The translations under genes and the position numbers were made by a program. From Basidiobolus meristosporus CBS 931.73 (Eukaryota > Fungi > Basidiobolomycota), in contig MCFE01000090.1 of NCBI GenBank assembly GCA_002104905.1, positions 112,537-176,536 on the forward strand: DNA of 64,000 nt, read 5' to 3'. Of this stretch, positions 1-13,711 are shown piece by piece. Under the pieces are notes generated by a model that saw nothing but the letters and a program-made list of their open reading frames with translations, had not been told where the DNA came from and made no database searches. Each line of letters begins with the position of its first letter. The stretch's first letter is position 1.

Positions 1-1215
1 TGGCAGGTAGATGAAATGGAATCTCTGAGTGTACCAACTACCTATTAGGATGTGAAAGTTATCATCCTGAATAGCCTGACAGACAAGCTTCAGGGCCTTG
101 TATCAGCCCTAGAGTCCAGAACTGAAGATTTGACCTTAAATTATGCATATGGAAGGCTTCTGGATGAAGAATTAAAAAATCAAGCGCCAATAAGAAGGAA
201 GAAGAAAATGCTTCAATAAGCAATGATAACCAACAAAGGAGGTACCCAGGACCCTACAAAGGCAACAGCAACCTGTTTTGTAACTACTGCAAAAGCAAAG
301 GACACACATCAGACTAGTGTCTCAAAAAGAGAGATAACCAGCAAAAGAAGCCTGAATATGGAAATGCTGCAACAACTGACAATAGACCATTCATATCTGT
401 ACTAAATATGACCACAAACAAGGATTCTCAGATTTGGTATATTGACTGTGGAGCATCTCAACACTTTACACACCAAAAAGAACTTTTTACCCAATATCAA
501 GAAATTCCAATTAGGAAGGCTTTCATGGGTGACAATAGAACACTGATGCAGTGGGAGAAGGAACTATCCAAGTAAGCCTAAGAAGCAGTAAAGGAAGCCA
601 TACACAGACCTTTAAAGAAGTACTTTATGTACCAGAAATAGCCAAAAACCCACTATCTGTAAGCAAGGTCACAACAGAAGGACTCAGCTTCAGCATTGAC
701 AATTGTGGATGCAAGATCACTGATCAAAATGGTGCCCATATTGCTTTGGGTATCAGAGATCAGAATCTATACAAGTTGAATTATATGCCATTATGTTTGG
801 AGGCCAATATAAATAACTTAAATGAAGAAACACCAATGCTTGGGCACAGGAGATTTGGGCACATCAATTTTGATTATATGCGCAAAATGATCAAAGATCA
901 GCTAATTTCTGGAGTAAAAGTTCATCCCCCAGCTAATTTGGAGCACTGTGAAGCCTGCATATATGGGAAACAAGCCAGACAACTGTTCAAGAGCTCTGGG
1001 TTAATCAATGCTAAGAGAAAATTTGATATAATTCTCTCAGACCTGTGTGGACCTATGCAAAATTTATCCCTAGGTGGGATGAAGTATTAAGTCACTTTTA
1101 TTGATAATTATACAAGATACATATGAGTCTACTTCATGGTGAGAAAGGAAGAAGCTCTGTCTAAGTTCAGGGAGCTTAAAGCCATGGTGGAGAGAGAAAC
1201 TGGTGAAAAAATCAA
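1..1215 (+). mobile_element. Ty1/copia retrotransposon, outer copy, left half (gag end, Zn knuckle, protease, GAG-pre-integrase, integrase start); degenerate
   Basis: CNYCKSKGHTSDQC knuckle, WYIDCGASQH protease motif, HRRFGHINF and CEAC integrase Zn motif; stops and frameshifts; breaks off at ...gaaaaaatcaa (1215). Confidence 0.9.
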
Positions 1216-2266
1216 ATTGCTAATTCAATGCTCAAGAGCAAAAACAGCAAAGAATGCCTGGAAGGCATTAGAAGATGCCTGCTAATCATGTGCAGCTGCT
1301 AAGAAAATGTATCTGAGACAAAATTCTTACTACAAAGATGCTGCCAGGAGAAGAAATGAAAAATCTAATTAACAGAATTACCCTGCTGGTAGATGAGATG
1401 GAATCTGTGGGTGTACCAACTACTGATGAGGATGTGATAGTTACCATCCTGAATAGCCTGACAGACAAGCTTCAGGGCCTTGTATCAGCCCTAGAGTCCA
1501 GAACTGAAGATTTGACCTTAAATTACACATATGGAAGGCTTCTGGATGAAGAATTAAAAAATCAAGCGCCAATAAGAAGGAAGAAGAAAATGCTTCAATA
1601 AGCAATGATAACCAACAAAGGATGTACCCAAGACCCTACAAAGGCAACAGCAACCTGTTTTGTAACTACTGCAAAAGCAAAGGACACACATCAGACCGTT
1701 GTCTCAAAAAGAAAGATAATCAGAAAAAGAAGCCTGAATATGGAAATGCTGCAACAACTGAAGATAGACTATTCATATCTGCACTAAATATGACCACAAA
1801 CAAGGATTCTCAGATGTGGTATATTGACTCTGGAGCATCTCAGCACTTTACACACCAAAAAGAACTTTTTACCCAATATCAAGAAATTCCAATTAAGAAG
1901 GCTTTCATGGGTGACAATAGAACACTTGATGCAGTGGGAGAAGGAACTATCCAAGTAAACCTTAGAAGCAGTGAAGGAAGCCATACACTGACCTTTAAAG
2001 AAGTACTCTATGTACCAGAAATAGCAAAGAACCTACTCTCTGTAAGCAAGGCCACAGCAGAAGGACTCAGTTTCAGCTTTGACAATTCTGGATGCAGGAT
2101 CACTGATCAAAATGGTGCTCATATTGCTTTGGGCATCAGAGATCAGAATCTATACAAGTTGACTTATATTCCATCATATCTGGAAGCCAATATAAGTAAC
2201 TTAAATGAAGAAACACCAATGCTTTGGCACAGGAGATTTGGGCACATCAATTTTGATTATTTGCGC

Positions 2267-3070
2267 TGTGGTAGGGTTAACATACCTCCCACAGACAAGT
2301 TTATTCATACAGTCATTGTGATATACTTAACCATATTTTATTTTATCAGTATTATCCCATTCTTCTTTTGCCCATATTATCAGTATTATCCCCATATGAT
2401 GTTTACCCTGATTAGTTATTAGCATTAGTTATCCCAGATGTTATTCAGCTTTGTGATCAGTATATGTATCTACATAAGGCAAGTACCCGCGTCAGTACCC
2501 ATGGCACATGACCTAGGTCTGTGTTACCATCCCTACCATTCCAATACCATATACGGTATTTCTATGTTGCACAGGTTTCAGACTACTGATTCCTGATTGG
2601 TTGAATGTGCTGTGCCTATTAGAATCTTCCAGGACATTCTTGGCATATTTTTAGCTCATAGTGATGTCATCAAGAATTCCACTGATACCTAGAATCTTCT
2701 AGAACCTTGTCATTAGTAATCACTTGGCAATCAGGAAAAGTAATTAAGGGAAAGCAATCCCTCATCAATAAATCATCCCTTCTATCAGTAACACTTCTCC
2801 CTTATTGATTAGCAGTTTATCACTGCACCTGCCTTCAACAGTACATCTCAGACCTGCCATCAAGGAGCTTTTCAGGGTAGTGCACAAGACACACAGAGGC
2901 CTTTGGAGACACTTGGAGCACCTAGGAAGCTAGAGAAGCAGGAGCTTTTACCATAGTGACATATTGACAAAGACACCAGCAGTTTAGACACAGAGGTTAT
3001 TGCACCCATCAGACACCTCACACACCTTGAGTTGTGTAGCTTCTCCCAGGAGTACCTCTACACCACCACA
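2267..3070. mobile_element. 804-bp solo LTR of an unrelated family inserted in the inner copia
   Basis: TGTGGT...ACCACA inverted termini; 4-bp target duplication GCGC (2263-2266, 3071-3074); removing it restores the sequence seen at 871-895. Confidence 0.85.
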
Positions 3071-3245
3071 GCGCAAAATGATCAAAGATCAGCTAATTTC
3101 TGGAGTGAGAATTGATCCCCCAGCTAATTTGGAGCACTGTGAAGCCTGAATATACGGGAAACAAGCCAGACAACTGTTCAAGAGCTCTGGGTTAATCAAA
3201 ACTAAGAAAAAATTAGATCTAATTCACTCAGATCTTTGTGGACCT

Positions 3246-5735
3246 ATGCAATATTTATCCTTAGGCGGGATGAAGTATTTAATCACTTTTATTGTTGATT
3301 ATACAAGATACACATGGGTCTACTCTATGGAGAGAAAGGAAGAAGCTCTGTCTAAGCTCAGGGAGTTTAATGCCATGGTGGAGAGAGAAACTGGTGAAAA
3401 AATCAAGAAAATACACTCTGACAATGGTGGAGAATATACCTCAAAACTCTTCATCCACTTCTGCAAAATTCATGGGATAAAGCAAGAGACTACTGTACCA
3501 TACTCCCCACAGCAAAATGGAGTAGCAGAACAAGCTAACAGATCAATAATTGATATGGCAAGATCTATGATCCATGATCAAAAATTATCCTATGATTTTT
3601 GGGCGGAATCAGTTGCCACTGCTGTATACCTTAAAAATAGGAGTTATAACAGAATACTTTGTGATTCTACTCCATTTGAAGCATGGTATGGATACAGACC
3701 AAGTGCAGAACATCTAAGAATATTTGGGTGTACAGCATATGCCAAAAAACTGGCCGGAAATCAGTCAAAATTTGAGCCAAAAAGTGTAAAATGCATATTT
3801 TTGGGCTATTGCAATGAGAGTAAGGCATACAGACTCTACAAAACCAAAGCAAAGAAGCTGATTAAGTCCAGGGATGTGTTGCTTGATGAAAATTTAAAAT
3901 TTGACAAAAAATGACATCAGATGATGACAAAAATTTGATCTCAAGTCCACCAATTGTCAGGATTGAATCAGAGCAAAACAATGAAAATTTTTTCACTCCA
4001 GAGGACTCTACAACCATGGTTCAGCCAGAATTGGTGCCCAGGAATATCCCAGAAGTGACTGTTCCAGTATCAAATGCCCGGAGATCCAATTGGACAAGAA
4101 ATAGCCTAAATTACTATATCAACAATGGTACAAACTTAGCCTATGCCTATTCAGTCCATATTGATGAACCCCAGACTGTAAAAGAGGCCCTAAATAGCCC
4201 TCAGACAAAGTTTTGGAGATCTGCAATGACTGAGCAATATCAGGCCATGATGGAAAATCAAACTTGGGACTTAATCAAATTACCAATCAACTGAAAATCA
4301 ATTGGATGCAGATGGGTCTTCAAGACAAAATACAAGGCTGATGGTACAACTGAAAGATACAAAGCAAGACTTGTGGCCAAAGGATACTCTCAAGCAAAAG
4401 GACTTGACTATACTGAGACCTTTGCACCGGTAGCCAGGTTTAATTCCATCAGACTAATATTGGCTATTGCAGCCAAATATAAGTTTTTTATTCATCAAAT
4501 GGATGTAAAAACTGCATTTTTGAATGGAGAACTTGATGAGGACGTGTATATGAACCAGCCTGATGGGTTTGTTGACCAAGATAACCCAAATTTGGTCTGC
4601 AAGCTTAAAAAGTCACTATATGGTCTCAAACAATCACCAAGAGCCTGGAATTGCAAGATAGAATCTTATTTGGAATCTTTGAGTTTCAAAAGGAGTAATG
4701 CTGACTATAGTATATACTATAAGCCAGAGAGAGTAAATCTAGTTCTATTAGCTCTATATGTGGATGATATTATTATAGCCGCCTATAACCTAGAAACATT
4801 GGAAGAGACTAAATCCAACCTATCAAAGGAGCTCATGATGCCCAATCTAGGAGAACTCAGTTACTACTTAGGGATTAAGTTCTCCATAGACAGAAGTACC
4901 CAGACTATTACACTAAGCCAATTCAAGTACATTCAAGATATACTCAAGAAGTACCAAATAGAAGACTGTAAACTGGCAGCTACCCCAATGGAGACAAACC
5001 TTAACTTGGTCAAAACTCAACCAAATGAAGAGAGATTGATGCCATCTGAAAGCCCTGACTTTCCTTATCAATCTATGGCCGGCAGTCTGATGTATATCAT
5101 GCTTTGAACACGTCCATATATCTCATATTCAGTGGGAGTTGTCAGCCAACTTAATCAGAACTATGGATCTGATTATTGCAGCAGTTAAGCGGATTTTTAG
5201 ATACCTAAAAGGAGCTGCCAATATCTGCTTAAGATACACTTATAAGGATTCAGAGCAGGATCTTGTGGGATACTCTGATGCTGATTGGGGACAAAATTTA
5301 GAAGACATAAGATCCACCTCAGGATACACCTTTCTTTACTGTAAAGGAGCAATTTCATGGAATTCAAGAAAGCAACCAACTGTAGCACTTTCTACTACAG
5401 AGGCAGAGTATATGGCAGCCTGTGAAGCCACAAAAAAAGCAATGTGGTTAAGAAAACCCTTTACAGACTTAGGCCTATGTCAAAAAACACCTATTACTTT
5501 ATTTCAAGATAATCAAGGATGTATACAATTAGGTAGAAATCCAACTTTTCATTCTAGAACCAAGCACATAGATATTAGACATCATTTCATACATGAAGCT
5601 ATAGAGAATAACTTAGTAAGCTTAGTTTACTGTCCCACAGATGAAATGATTGCAGACATATTTACTAAACCATTAGCTAGAGACAACTTTGAATATCTTA
5701 TGTCAAAATTAGGACTAGTCAGTATGAACATTTAG
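3246..5735 (+). pseudogene. copia pol remnant (integrase-RT-RNase H) split by frameshifts and stops
   Basis: ORFs 3246-3914, 3911-4294, 4373-5107, 5139-5735 carry consecutive copia motifs. Confidence 0.9.
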
Positions 5736-5746
5736 CTGAGTGGGAG

Positions 5747-6093
5747 TGTTTTAAAAATTCTTATTCCCACCTAAATATTTGCCTAACTTAGTCACTTAGA
5801 TCATTACCCTCAAATCCTAGAGAATACTGACCAGATTCCTTGTTGGGATTTACTTGGAATATTTTCACCAAAATACCAGGTACCCAGAACATGAAAATAT
5901 GAAAGTTGTCCAATCAGCCCCAAACTTTGACACATGTTCTTGGGACCTTCCTTAACCTACTCTACGTGTTTGTAATACCAAGACCAGGTAAAAGTATAAA
6001 TACTACTTTTACATTCAATAAATCATTAAGTGAAAACCACAAAATCTACTTGTCCTCCCAATCACTTCCAATATCTCCAAGACTCTTACAACA
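5747..6093 (+). repeat. 3' LTR of inner copia (347 bp)
   Basis: Follows PPT gctgagtgggag; TGTT...AACA ends; similar to 8267-8598 and 9088-9419. Confidence 0.9.
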
Positions 6094-8598
6094 GAATATA
6101 CCTCAAAACTCTTCATCCACTTCTGCAAAATTCATGGGATAAAGTAAGAGACCACTGTACCATACTCTCCACAGCAAAATGGAGTAGCAGAATGTGCTAG
6201 CAGATCAATAACTGATATGGCAAGATCTATGATCCATGATCAAAAATTATCCTATGATATTTGGGTGAAATCAATTGCTATTGGTGTATATCTTAAAAAT
6301 AGGAGTTATAGGAGAATACTTTGTGATTCTACTCCATTTGAAGCATGGTATGGGTACAGACCAAGTACAGAGCATCTAAGAATATTTGGGTGTACAGCAT
6401 ATGCCAAGAAACTGCCCAGATATCAATCAAAATTTTCACAAAAAATGACATCAGATGATGACAAAAATCTGATCTCAAGTCCACCCATTGTCAGGATTAA
6501 ATCAGAGCAAGACAATGAAACTTTTTTTACTCCAGAGAACTCTACAACTGCTGTTCAGCCAGAATCAGTGCCCAGGAATATCCCAGAAGTGATCATTATA
6601 GTATCAAATGCCTGGAGAACAAATCACACAAGAAATAGCCCAAATTACTATATCAACAATGGTACAAACTTAGCCTATGCCTATTCAGTCCATATTGATG
6701 AGCCCCAGACTGTAAAAGAGGCCCTAAATAGCCCTCAAAGAAAGTTTTGGAGATCTGCAATGACTGAGCAATATCAGGCCCTGATGGAAAATCAAACTTG
6801 GGACTTAATCAAATTACCAATCAATTGGATGCAGATGGGTCTTCAAGACAAAATACAAGGCTGATGGTACAATTGAAAGATACAAAGCAAGACTTGTGGC
6901 CAAAGGATACTCTCAAACAAGAGGACTTGACTATACTGACACCTTTGCACTGGCAGCCAGGTTTAATTCCATCAGATTGATATTGGCTATTGCAGCCAAA
7001 TATAAGTTTTTATTCATCAAATGGATGTAAAACTGAATTTTTGAATGGAGAACTTGATGAGGATGCGTACATGGACCAGCCTGATGGTTTGGTTGACCAA
7101 GATAACCTCCATTTAGTCTGCAAGCTTAAAAAGTCACAATATGGTCTCAAGCAATCACTGAGAGCCTGGAGTTGCAAGACAGATTCTTATTTGGAATCTT
7201 TGAGTTTCAAAAGGAGTAATGCTGACTCTAGTATATACTATAAGCCAGAGAGAGCAAATCCAGTTCTATTAGCTCTATATGTGGATGATCTTATTATAGC
7301 CACCAATAACCTAGAAACATTGGAAGAGACTAAATCCAACCTATCAAGGGAGTTCATGATGCCCAATCTAGGAGAACTCAGTTACTACTTAGGGATTAAG
7401 TTCTCCATAGACAGAAGTACCCAGACTATTACCCTAAGCCAATCCAAGTATATTCAAGATATACTCAAGAAGTACCAAATAGAAGACTGTAAACTGGCAG
7501 CTACCCCAATGGAGACAAACCTTAACTTGGTCAAAACTCAACCAAATGAAGAGAGATTGATGCCCCCTGAGAGCCCTGACTTTCCTTATCAGTATATGGT
7601 CAGCAATCTGATCTATATCAAGCTTGGGACATGTCCAGATATCTCATATTCAGTGGGAGTTGTCAGCCAACTTAATCAGAACTATGGATCTGATCATGGC
7701 AGCAGTTAAGCGGATTTTTAGATACCTAAAAGGAGCTGCCAATATCTGCTTAAGATACACTTATAAGGATTCAGAACAGGATCTTGTGGGATACTCTGAT
7801 GCTGATTGGGGACAAAATTTAGAAGACATAAGATCCACCTCAGGATACACCTTTCTTTACTGTAAAGGAGTAATTTCACGGAATTCAAGAAAGCAACCAA
7901 CCATAGCACTTTCTACCACAGAGGCAGAGTACATGGCAGCCTTTGAAGCTATAAAAGAAGCAATGTGCTCAAAAAAGCTTTTATAGATTTAGGCCTATGT
8001 CAAAAAATACTTATTACTTTATTTCAACACAATCAAGGATGTATACAACCAGGTAGAAATCCAATATTTCATGCTAGAACTAAGCACACATATATTAGAC
8101 ATCATCTCATATGTGAAGCTATAGAGAATAACTTAGTTAGCTTAGTCTACTGTCCTACAGATGAAATGATTGCAGACATATTTACCAAACCATTAGCTAG
8201 AGACAAGTTTGAATATCTTAGGTCACAATTAGGACCAGTCAGTATGAGCATTTAGCTGAGTGGGAGTGTTATAAAGACTTGTGATTCCACCTAAATACTC
8301 ACCTAACTTAGTCACTTAGATCATTACCTTCAAATCCTCAAGAATACTGATCAAATTCCTTGTTGGGATTTACTTAGAATATTTACCCAGAACATGAAAA
8401 TTCTCAAAGTTGCCCAAACAGCCCCAGACTTTGCACACATGTTTTTGGGACCTCCCTTAACCTAATCTGTGTGTTTGTAATGCCAAGACAATGTAAAAGT
8501 ATAAATACTACTCTTACATTCAATAAATTATTAAGTGAAAACCACATAATCTACTTGTCCTCCCAATCACTTCCAATATCTCCAAGACTCTTACAACA
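6094..8598 (+). mobile_element. Ty1/copia outer copy, right half (integrase end, RT, RNase H, 3' LTR); degenerate
   Basis: Resumes at gaatatacctcaaaac, 25 nt downstream in element coordinates of where 1-1215 stops; paralogous to 3432-6093. Confidence 0.88.
8267..8598 (+). repeat. 3' LTR of outer copia (332 bp)
   Basis: PPT gctgagtgggag then TGTTAT...ACAACA; homologous to 5747-6093. Confidence 0.9.
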
Positions 8599-8764
8599 TA
8601 TGTAACATATCCACAACAGAAAACCCTCAGATTAAATCCAAGAAAAGAGCTTTGGAGAGATACTATCATACTTGAGGGCCATGTACTTAGTGACCAGCTT
8701 AATAAAGAATCTAGTATTGCTACAAACTTTGCAATGCTTTTAACTGCCAAAGACATCACAGATT

Positions 8765-9019
8765 GTGCAACTTCTCACCAACTTTTATCAGTTGAGTCAC
8801 AAGTCTTGCTTTTATCATAGAGCCAAGCACATTGCCACAAATTACCATTTTTTCAGAGTGGATATAGAGTATAAACAGGTTGGCCTTGCTTGTTGCCATA
8901 TTCTTGAAGTGATGGCAGATTTGCCTATAAAACACTATCAAAGTCAATTTGGATATCCTGAACCACTAATAGGATCAGTTAATACAAATAGAGTCAAGTG
9001 GAAGTGCTCTAAGGATTGA
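8765..9019 (+). pseudogene. highly decayed copia RNase H fragment
   Basis: FYHRAKHIATNYHFFR...EVMADL resembles the FHSRTKHIDIRHHF...EMIADI RNase H segment. Confidence 0.6.
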
Positions 9020-9087
9020 GCTTGAGCTGAGAAACTGCCACTAACTGAGACACTTCAGACATTATTATTAATTTTAACCCATGTTCT

Positions 9088-9419
9088 TGTTTTAAGAGTT
9101 TTGGACATATTGGAAGTGATTGGGAGGACAAGTAGATTATGTGGTTTTCACTTAATGATTTATTGAATGTACAGGTAGTATTTATACTTTTACATGGTCT
9201 TGGCATAGCAAACACGTAGAATAGGTCAAGGAAGGTCCCAAGAACATGTGTGCAAAGTTTGGGGCTGTTTGGACAACTTTGAGAATTTTCATGTTCTGGG
9301 TAAATATTCTAAGTAAATCATGACAAAGAATTTGGTCAGTATTCTCTAGGATATGAAGGTAATGATCTAAGAGACTAAGTCAGGTGCATATTTAGGTGGA
9401 ATTCCGAATTTTTACAACA
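9088..9419 (-). mobile_element. solo LTR of the same copia family, inverted
   Basis: Reverse complement of the 8267-8598 LTR; perfect 5-bp TSD GTTCT at 9083-9087 and 9420-9424. Confidence 0.92.
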
Positions 9420-9544
9420 GTTCTTTGGTGGAATTCTTAAAGCCATCTAAAAGACCCTATACTTTGCACATATGCTCTTTGACACCCTGCAAGCACATCC
9501 TACATGCTCACTGTACCAAGACCTTGGATATTCATGAATATTAC

Positions 9545-9847
9545 TGTTGTATGAGTTTTTGGAGATATTGGAAGTGATTTAGAGAACAAGGAGTTTATAT
9601 GCTTTTCACTTAATAAATCATTAAGTGAATAAGTAGTATTTATACTTTTCCATGGTTTTGGCAAAAAAACCACATAGGATATGTTTAGGAAGGTCCCAAG
9701 AGTTCGTGTACAAAGCTTGGGGCTGTTTGGACAACTTTGAGATATTTGATGTTTGGTGTACCTGATAATTTCGTGAAAATCTTCAAAGTAAACCCAACAA
9801 GGAATTTGGCGAGAGTTCCTCAAGACTTGTAGACAAAAGATACAACA
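9545..9847 (-). repeat. older, partly deleted inverted LTR of the same family
   Basis: Similar to the LTR reverse complement with TGT...ACA ends; no matching TSD. Confidence 0.7.
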
Positions 9848-10044
9848 GTCACTTACATTCAATAAATTAAAAAAGTGAAAAACACATAACAACTACCCAA
9901 TACCAGTCACGTTAAATACTCCAACGTTTATTGAGAACAACGAAGGCAAAACTAATGGAGCATAATGATATGACGATGAAGCTATCTCGCTACCGAGTAA
10001 GGGTCTAGGTGGTACCTAGTTGGTGGGATGTTTGAGGGGATGAG

Positions 10045-12953
10045 TTAAGGCTGGGCTGGGGAGATGCTTTCGTAGCTCCACAAGCGAGCACGACAATCTC
10101 CGGATGCGGTAGCGAACAGGCCACCCACCGGACTCAAATTGATGGAGATCACTGGTGATCGAAGGGCTGATTAGTGATGCGTCTTACTGTTGGGCGAATG
10201 AACCGGTTGGTTACCTGAATTTTTGTGTCCCTGAAGCATGAACTGAGTGTGTGCGGTGTTCGGATCCCAGAATTGAACCCCGCGATCCTTGGACCCGGAT
10301 ACTATCCAGTTCCCGCATGGGGAGCATGCCACGGACAAAACGAAGTCCTAACAAAGATCCGTTTTCGGTTCAGCAACTCCTCGGCCCATTGGTCAAAAGC
10401 CGGGGACATACCTTGTGTCCAACGAAAGTGGTCCTGCATGGGTTGGGCTTCTGTCCCATGTTGTTGGCATTCTTACTGCTGAGGATATCCCAGAGTTTGA
10501 TCGTCTTGTCCAAAGATCCGGAGATGAGGGACTTTCCTAGAGATGGACATGAGATTGCCGCTCGTCAACAACACACAACACTTCCGTGGGACCAACCGTC
10601 TGGTGTGAACGCGATAGAATAGACGCTATCCTTGTGGCCCTCGAGTTTCTCCAAGAGCTGTCCGGTCTGGACATCCCACACTCTGACCATCTTATCCAAC
10701 GATCCTGCGGCCACTAGACGCCCATCTGGGCTGAACGCAACTGAAGTGACTCCGGCTTCCTTGGGGCCGTTCTCTTCGATCATAAGAGTATATACACACT
10801 TGCCGCTATCCATGTCCCAGATCCTAGCGGTCCTATCCCCAGATCCCGACACGACCAGACGGCCGTCTCGAGAGAAATCGAGGGAGTAGATGTCCTGCTC
10901 GTGGCCTTGGAAAAGATTGCGGATCCTTCTCCTGGCGATGTCCCAGATCTGAAAGTGTCAAGGTCAAGGTCAGTACGAGCGCTCGTTGTCGATGTATAGG
11001 GGACTCCACCCACCCGGATCTGCTTGTCCTCAGCCCCGGTGGCCAGGAACTTTCCGTCGGGACTAAAGCAAACCGCTCTGATGTAAAGGTCCCCATCTCT
11101 GTTGGCCGCCTCGTCCTGCAAAACACTGGAAGGACACGTGAGTCACGGGAAATCGCTCGGACGGAAAACTCCAAAGTTACCAAATCTTGCTTCCGTTCTG
11201 GACGTCGTAGATCTGTGCACTTCTGTTACACCCGGTGGCCAGATACTTGCCATCGTTGCTAAAGCGGACGCAGCAGACGACACTAAAGATGCGTGAGCCA
11301 TGAGAAGGTAAGGCATTGAACTCGCGCCGGAGCGATCCGAACTGTACCTGCTATGGTCCAACGTGTGGGCTAGATCGACATTCAGCTGGCGGGGAACTCG
11401 GGGGTTGAAGCTGTGGAGAGGCAACTTTAGGTCGCTGGCGATCTCTGGGCAATCCTAAAGGTGACTTACATGGCAAACCAATCCGACCCTTCACGCTTGA
11501 GTCCAGATGGGAGATTCTCGAGATCTACGTCGTTGAAGCTGCCATTAGCAGAGCCAGGGCCCTTGGCGGAGGGGGCCCGAACAGGTCCGGCGACAGCAGA
11601 CTGCTGGGGTGGGAGACCGCCGTTGCTTGGCTTGCGATTCATGCCTTGGGGACTAGCGCCGGGGTAGGGGGGCCCGTTCTGAGGAGGTCCTTGCTGAGAG
11701 TCCGGCTGCACACCCATCGGTGGTTGAGAAGTAAGCGGCCCTTGGTGTCCCATCTAGTATAAAGAATGAAGGTTAGTCGGCGAATATGATTGCTGAGAAT
11801 TCCCGTAACACCCACCGGATGATTTTGCGGACTACCTTGCATATAACCTACGTATGTGGTAGAAAACACGCAAACGTGTGAGTTTTATTATATATAATAT
11901 ATTAACGATTATATAAGCTACCCATCGGAGGCTGGCCGGGTCCTTGTCCCATCATCCCAGGCAACTGGTTGGGCGGTTGGCCTGGCACCGGAGGTGAGGA
12001 TGTTGGGACAGAGCCGTACATGGACGGCTGTTGCATCGGAGGCTGTGACTGTCCAGCCATGTGATGCGGAGGAGCATCCGAGTCCCCTCGCAGCCTTTTG
12101 TTGGGCGGCTGGTGGCCACCTTGTGGTGGTGGGCCTTGTTGTGGTGTGCCGGGAGGGCCACCGCTGGAGTAAGCGGATAGCCCTGGAGGACCAGATCCCG
12201 GACCTGGATATCCTGGATGTTGTGGTTGTGGCTGTTGATTTGGATCCATCATCTGAGGTGGTGCCGCTAGAGAATTGGGACCGTTTTGTGCACCGCTCAT
12301 GATTCCGCTAAATAGGTTGGATGGGCCATGGCCGATGTTGGGAGGTGCCGGTTTGTGAGTTTGATGTGGTGTACCGCCGCTTTGAGGGTGGGAACCGCGT
12401 GCCTCCAGCTCGCGACGAAGCCTCAATATCTCCTCTTCGTATCTGGAAACATGGAGAAGTGTAAGTATACCAGCGTAGAGTGGACATAGAACGTAGCATA
12501 GAGGTGGGCAAGCTCTTACTGTTGTTTTATCTTCTGGTGGGTTCTCTCAAGTTCATACAGATTCTGCTGGAAGCCGGTCATCTCGTTTAGCTGTGCAGAA
12601 ACTAAAAGGGGTATGAACGTTAGTCGTTCATCTCAAGAATTGACATTCGACGAAGTTGGGTGGCGAGCCCAGAGCCATGGGGAAACAGGGAGGCTTTCAA
12701 ACGAGGGAACGCTCCACGTGACCTGATAATTCAGTACCAGGATATCGCGTAGTTTAGATGGAACCACCTGTCAACCTGTCCGGCACATAAAAGAAAACTT
12801 ACTCTTGTGCTCAAACTCGTCACGTTGCATCTTAAACATGGACACATCTTGATTGACCTGTTCAAACTCGACTTTCAAAGCATCTAGAAGTTCGGGAATT
12901 CTACTGCCGGCCCCGGCAGGAACCATGGGACGATGATTATAGATGTTTGACAT
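10045..12953 (-). CDS. TUP1: Tup1 general transcriptional corepressor (Tup_N coiled coil, Q/P-rich linker, WD40 propeller); multi-exon
   Basis: [16 protein letters not shown]-domain; [65 protein letters not shown]; GT-AG introns traced. Confidence 0.95.
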
Positions 12954-13448
12954 CTCCGCGACTACTTGCGTAAACTGACTGTCAAATGGGGATGACTCTT
13001 GTACTTCGAAACGCAAATTTGGTTGGGTCGAAGTTGGAAAAAAATAGACGGCCGAGTTTTTCTTTCAAAGATGGGATATCACAGAGATTAAGCAAGCGAG
13101 AGGAATCTTGTGTAGATATATGATCATTCCTTTTAATGAGTGAATTTTCAACCGCCATAGGTTATTAAGGGGGAAAGATCAAGAACCCTCCTCACTTCGC
13201 TTGGTATATTTTTGGTTTACGCTTTTTATCACATAACCTTGGCCCTTACGAGATTGTCCACAAATTTTCACCGGGATTCCCCATATTTGGAAATCGGGAA
13301 AATAATATCGGTTGTGGTTTCGGTTGTGGTTTCATTTTGGATTGTACTAGCCCTTCATCAAATATTCTCAGTAAAATAACCACCTGATGCTGGAGTTGTG
13401 CGTTGTGCGTTGTGCGTTGTGGGAAATCGATGGTTGCTTAATGGTAGC

Positions 13449-13520
13449 GGCTCAATGGTCTAGTAGTATGATTCCTCGTTCGGGTCGAGGTGGTCCCGGG
13501 TTCAATTCCCGGTTGAGCCC
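13449..13520 (+). tRNA. tRNA-Pro (anticodon CGG), intronless
   Basis: Acceptor GGCTCAA/TTGAGCC, anticodon stem CCTCG/CGAGG with loop TTCGGGT, T arm CCGGG-TTCAATT-CCCGG; T5 Pol III terminator at 13531-13535. Confidence 0.97.
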
Positions 13521-13711
13521 GAAGATTGAATTTTTGCATCTGCCCGGTGTTAAGGAGCAGGCCTTGCGTCAATCTGAAGACAATGAAAGGGCAAAGCAAA
13601 AGACGAGGCAGTGATGTATAGGAGGGAGGATGGAAACAGTTCTCCGAGCATGTTTAATGTGAAATTATGTATACATAAGTAGTGTAATCCTGACGATCCA
13701 AAAGTTTCCAG

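Larger units (their letters stand above)
1216..6093 (+). mobile_element. Ty1/copia retrotransposon, inner copy of the same family (5' LTR and gag start missing), nested in the outer copy
   Basis: Starts in gag (AKNAWKALEDA), then protease (YIDSGASQH), integrase (SDNGGEY, PQQNGVAE), RT ([15 protein letters not shown]), RNase H (YSDADW, AEY), PPT and 3' LTR; copia domain order. Confidence 0.92.

Noticed and set aside
11755-11915. AT-rich TUP1 intron as a possible snoRNA host
   Set aside because: No C/D or H/ACA boxes found on the sense strand.
13310-13421. Short repeats (ggttgtggtttc x2; gttgtgc x3-4) upstream of tRNA-Pro
   Set aside because: Simple microsatellite-like slippage; no spacers or CRISPR structure.
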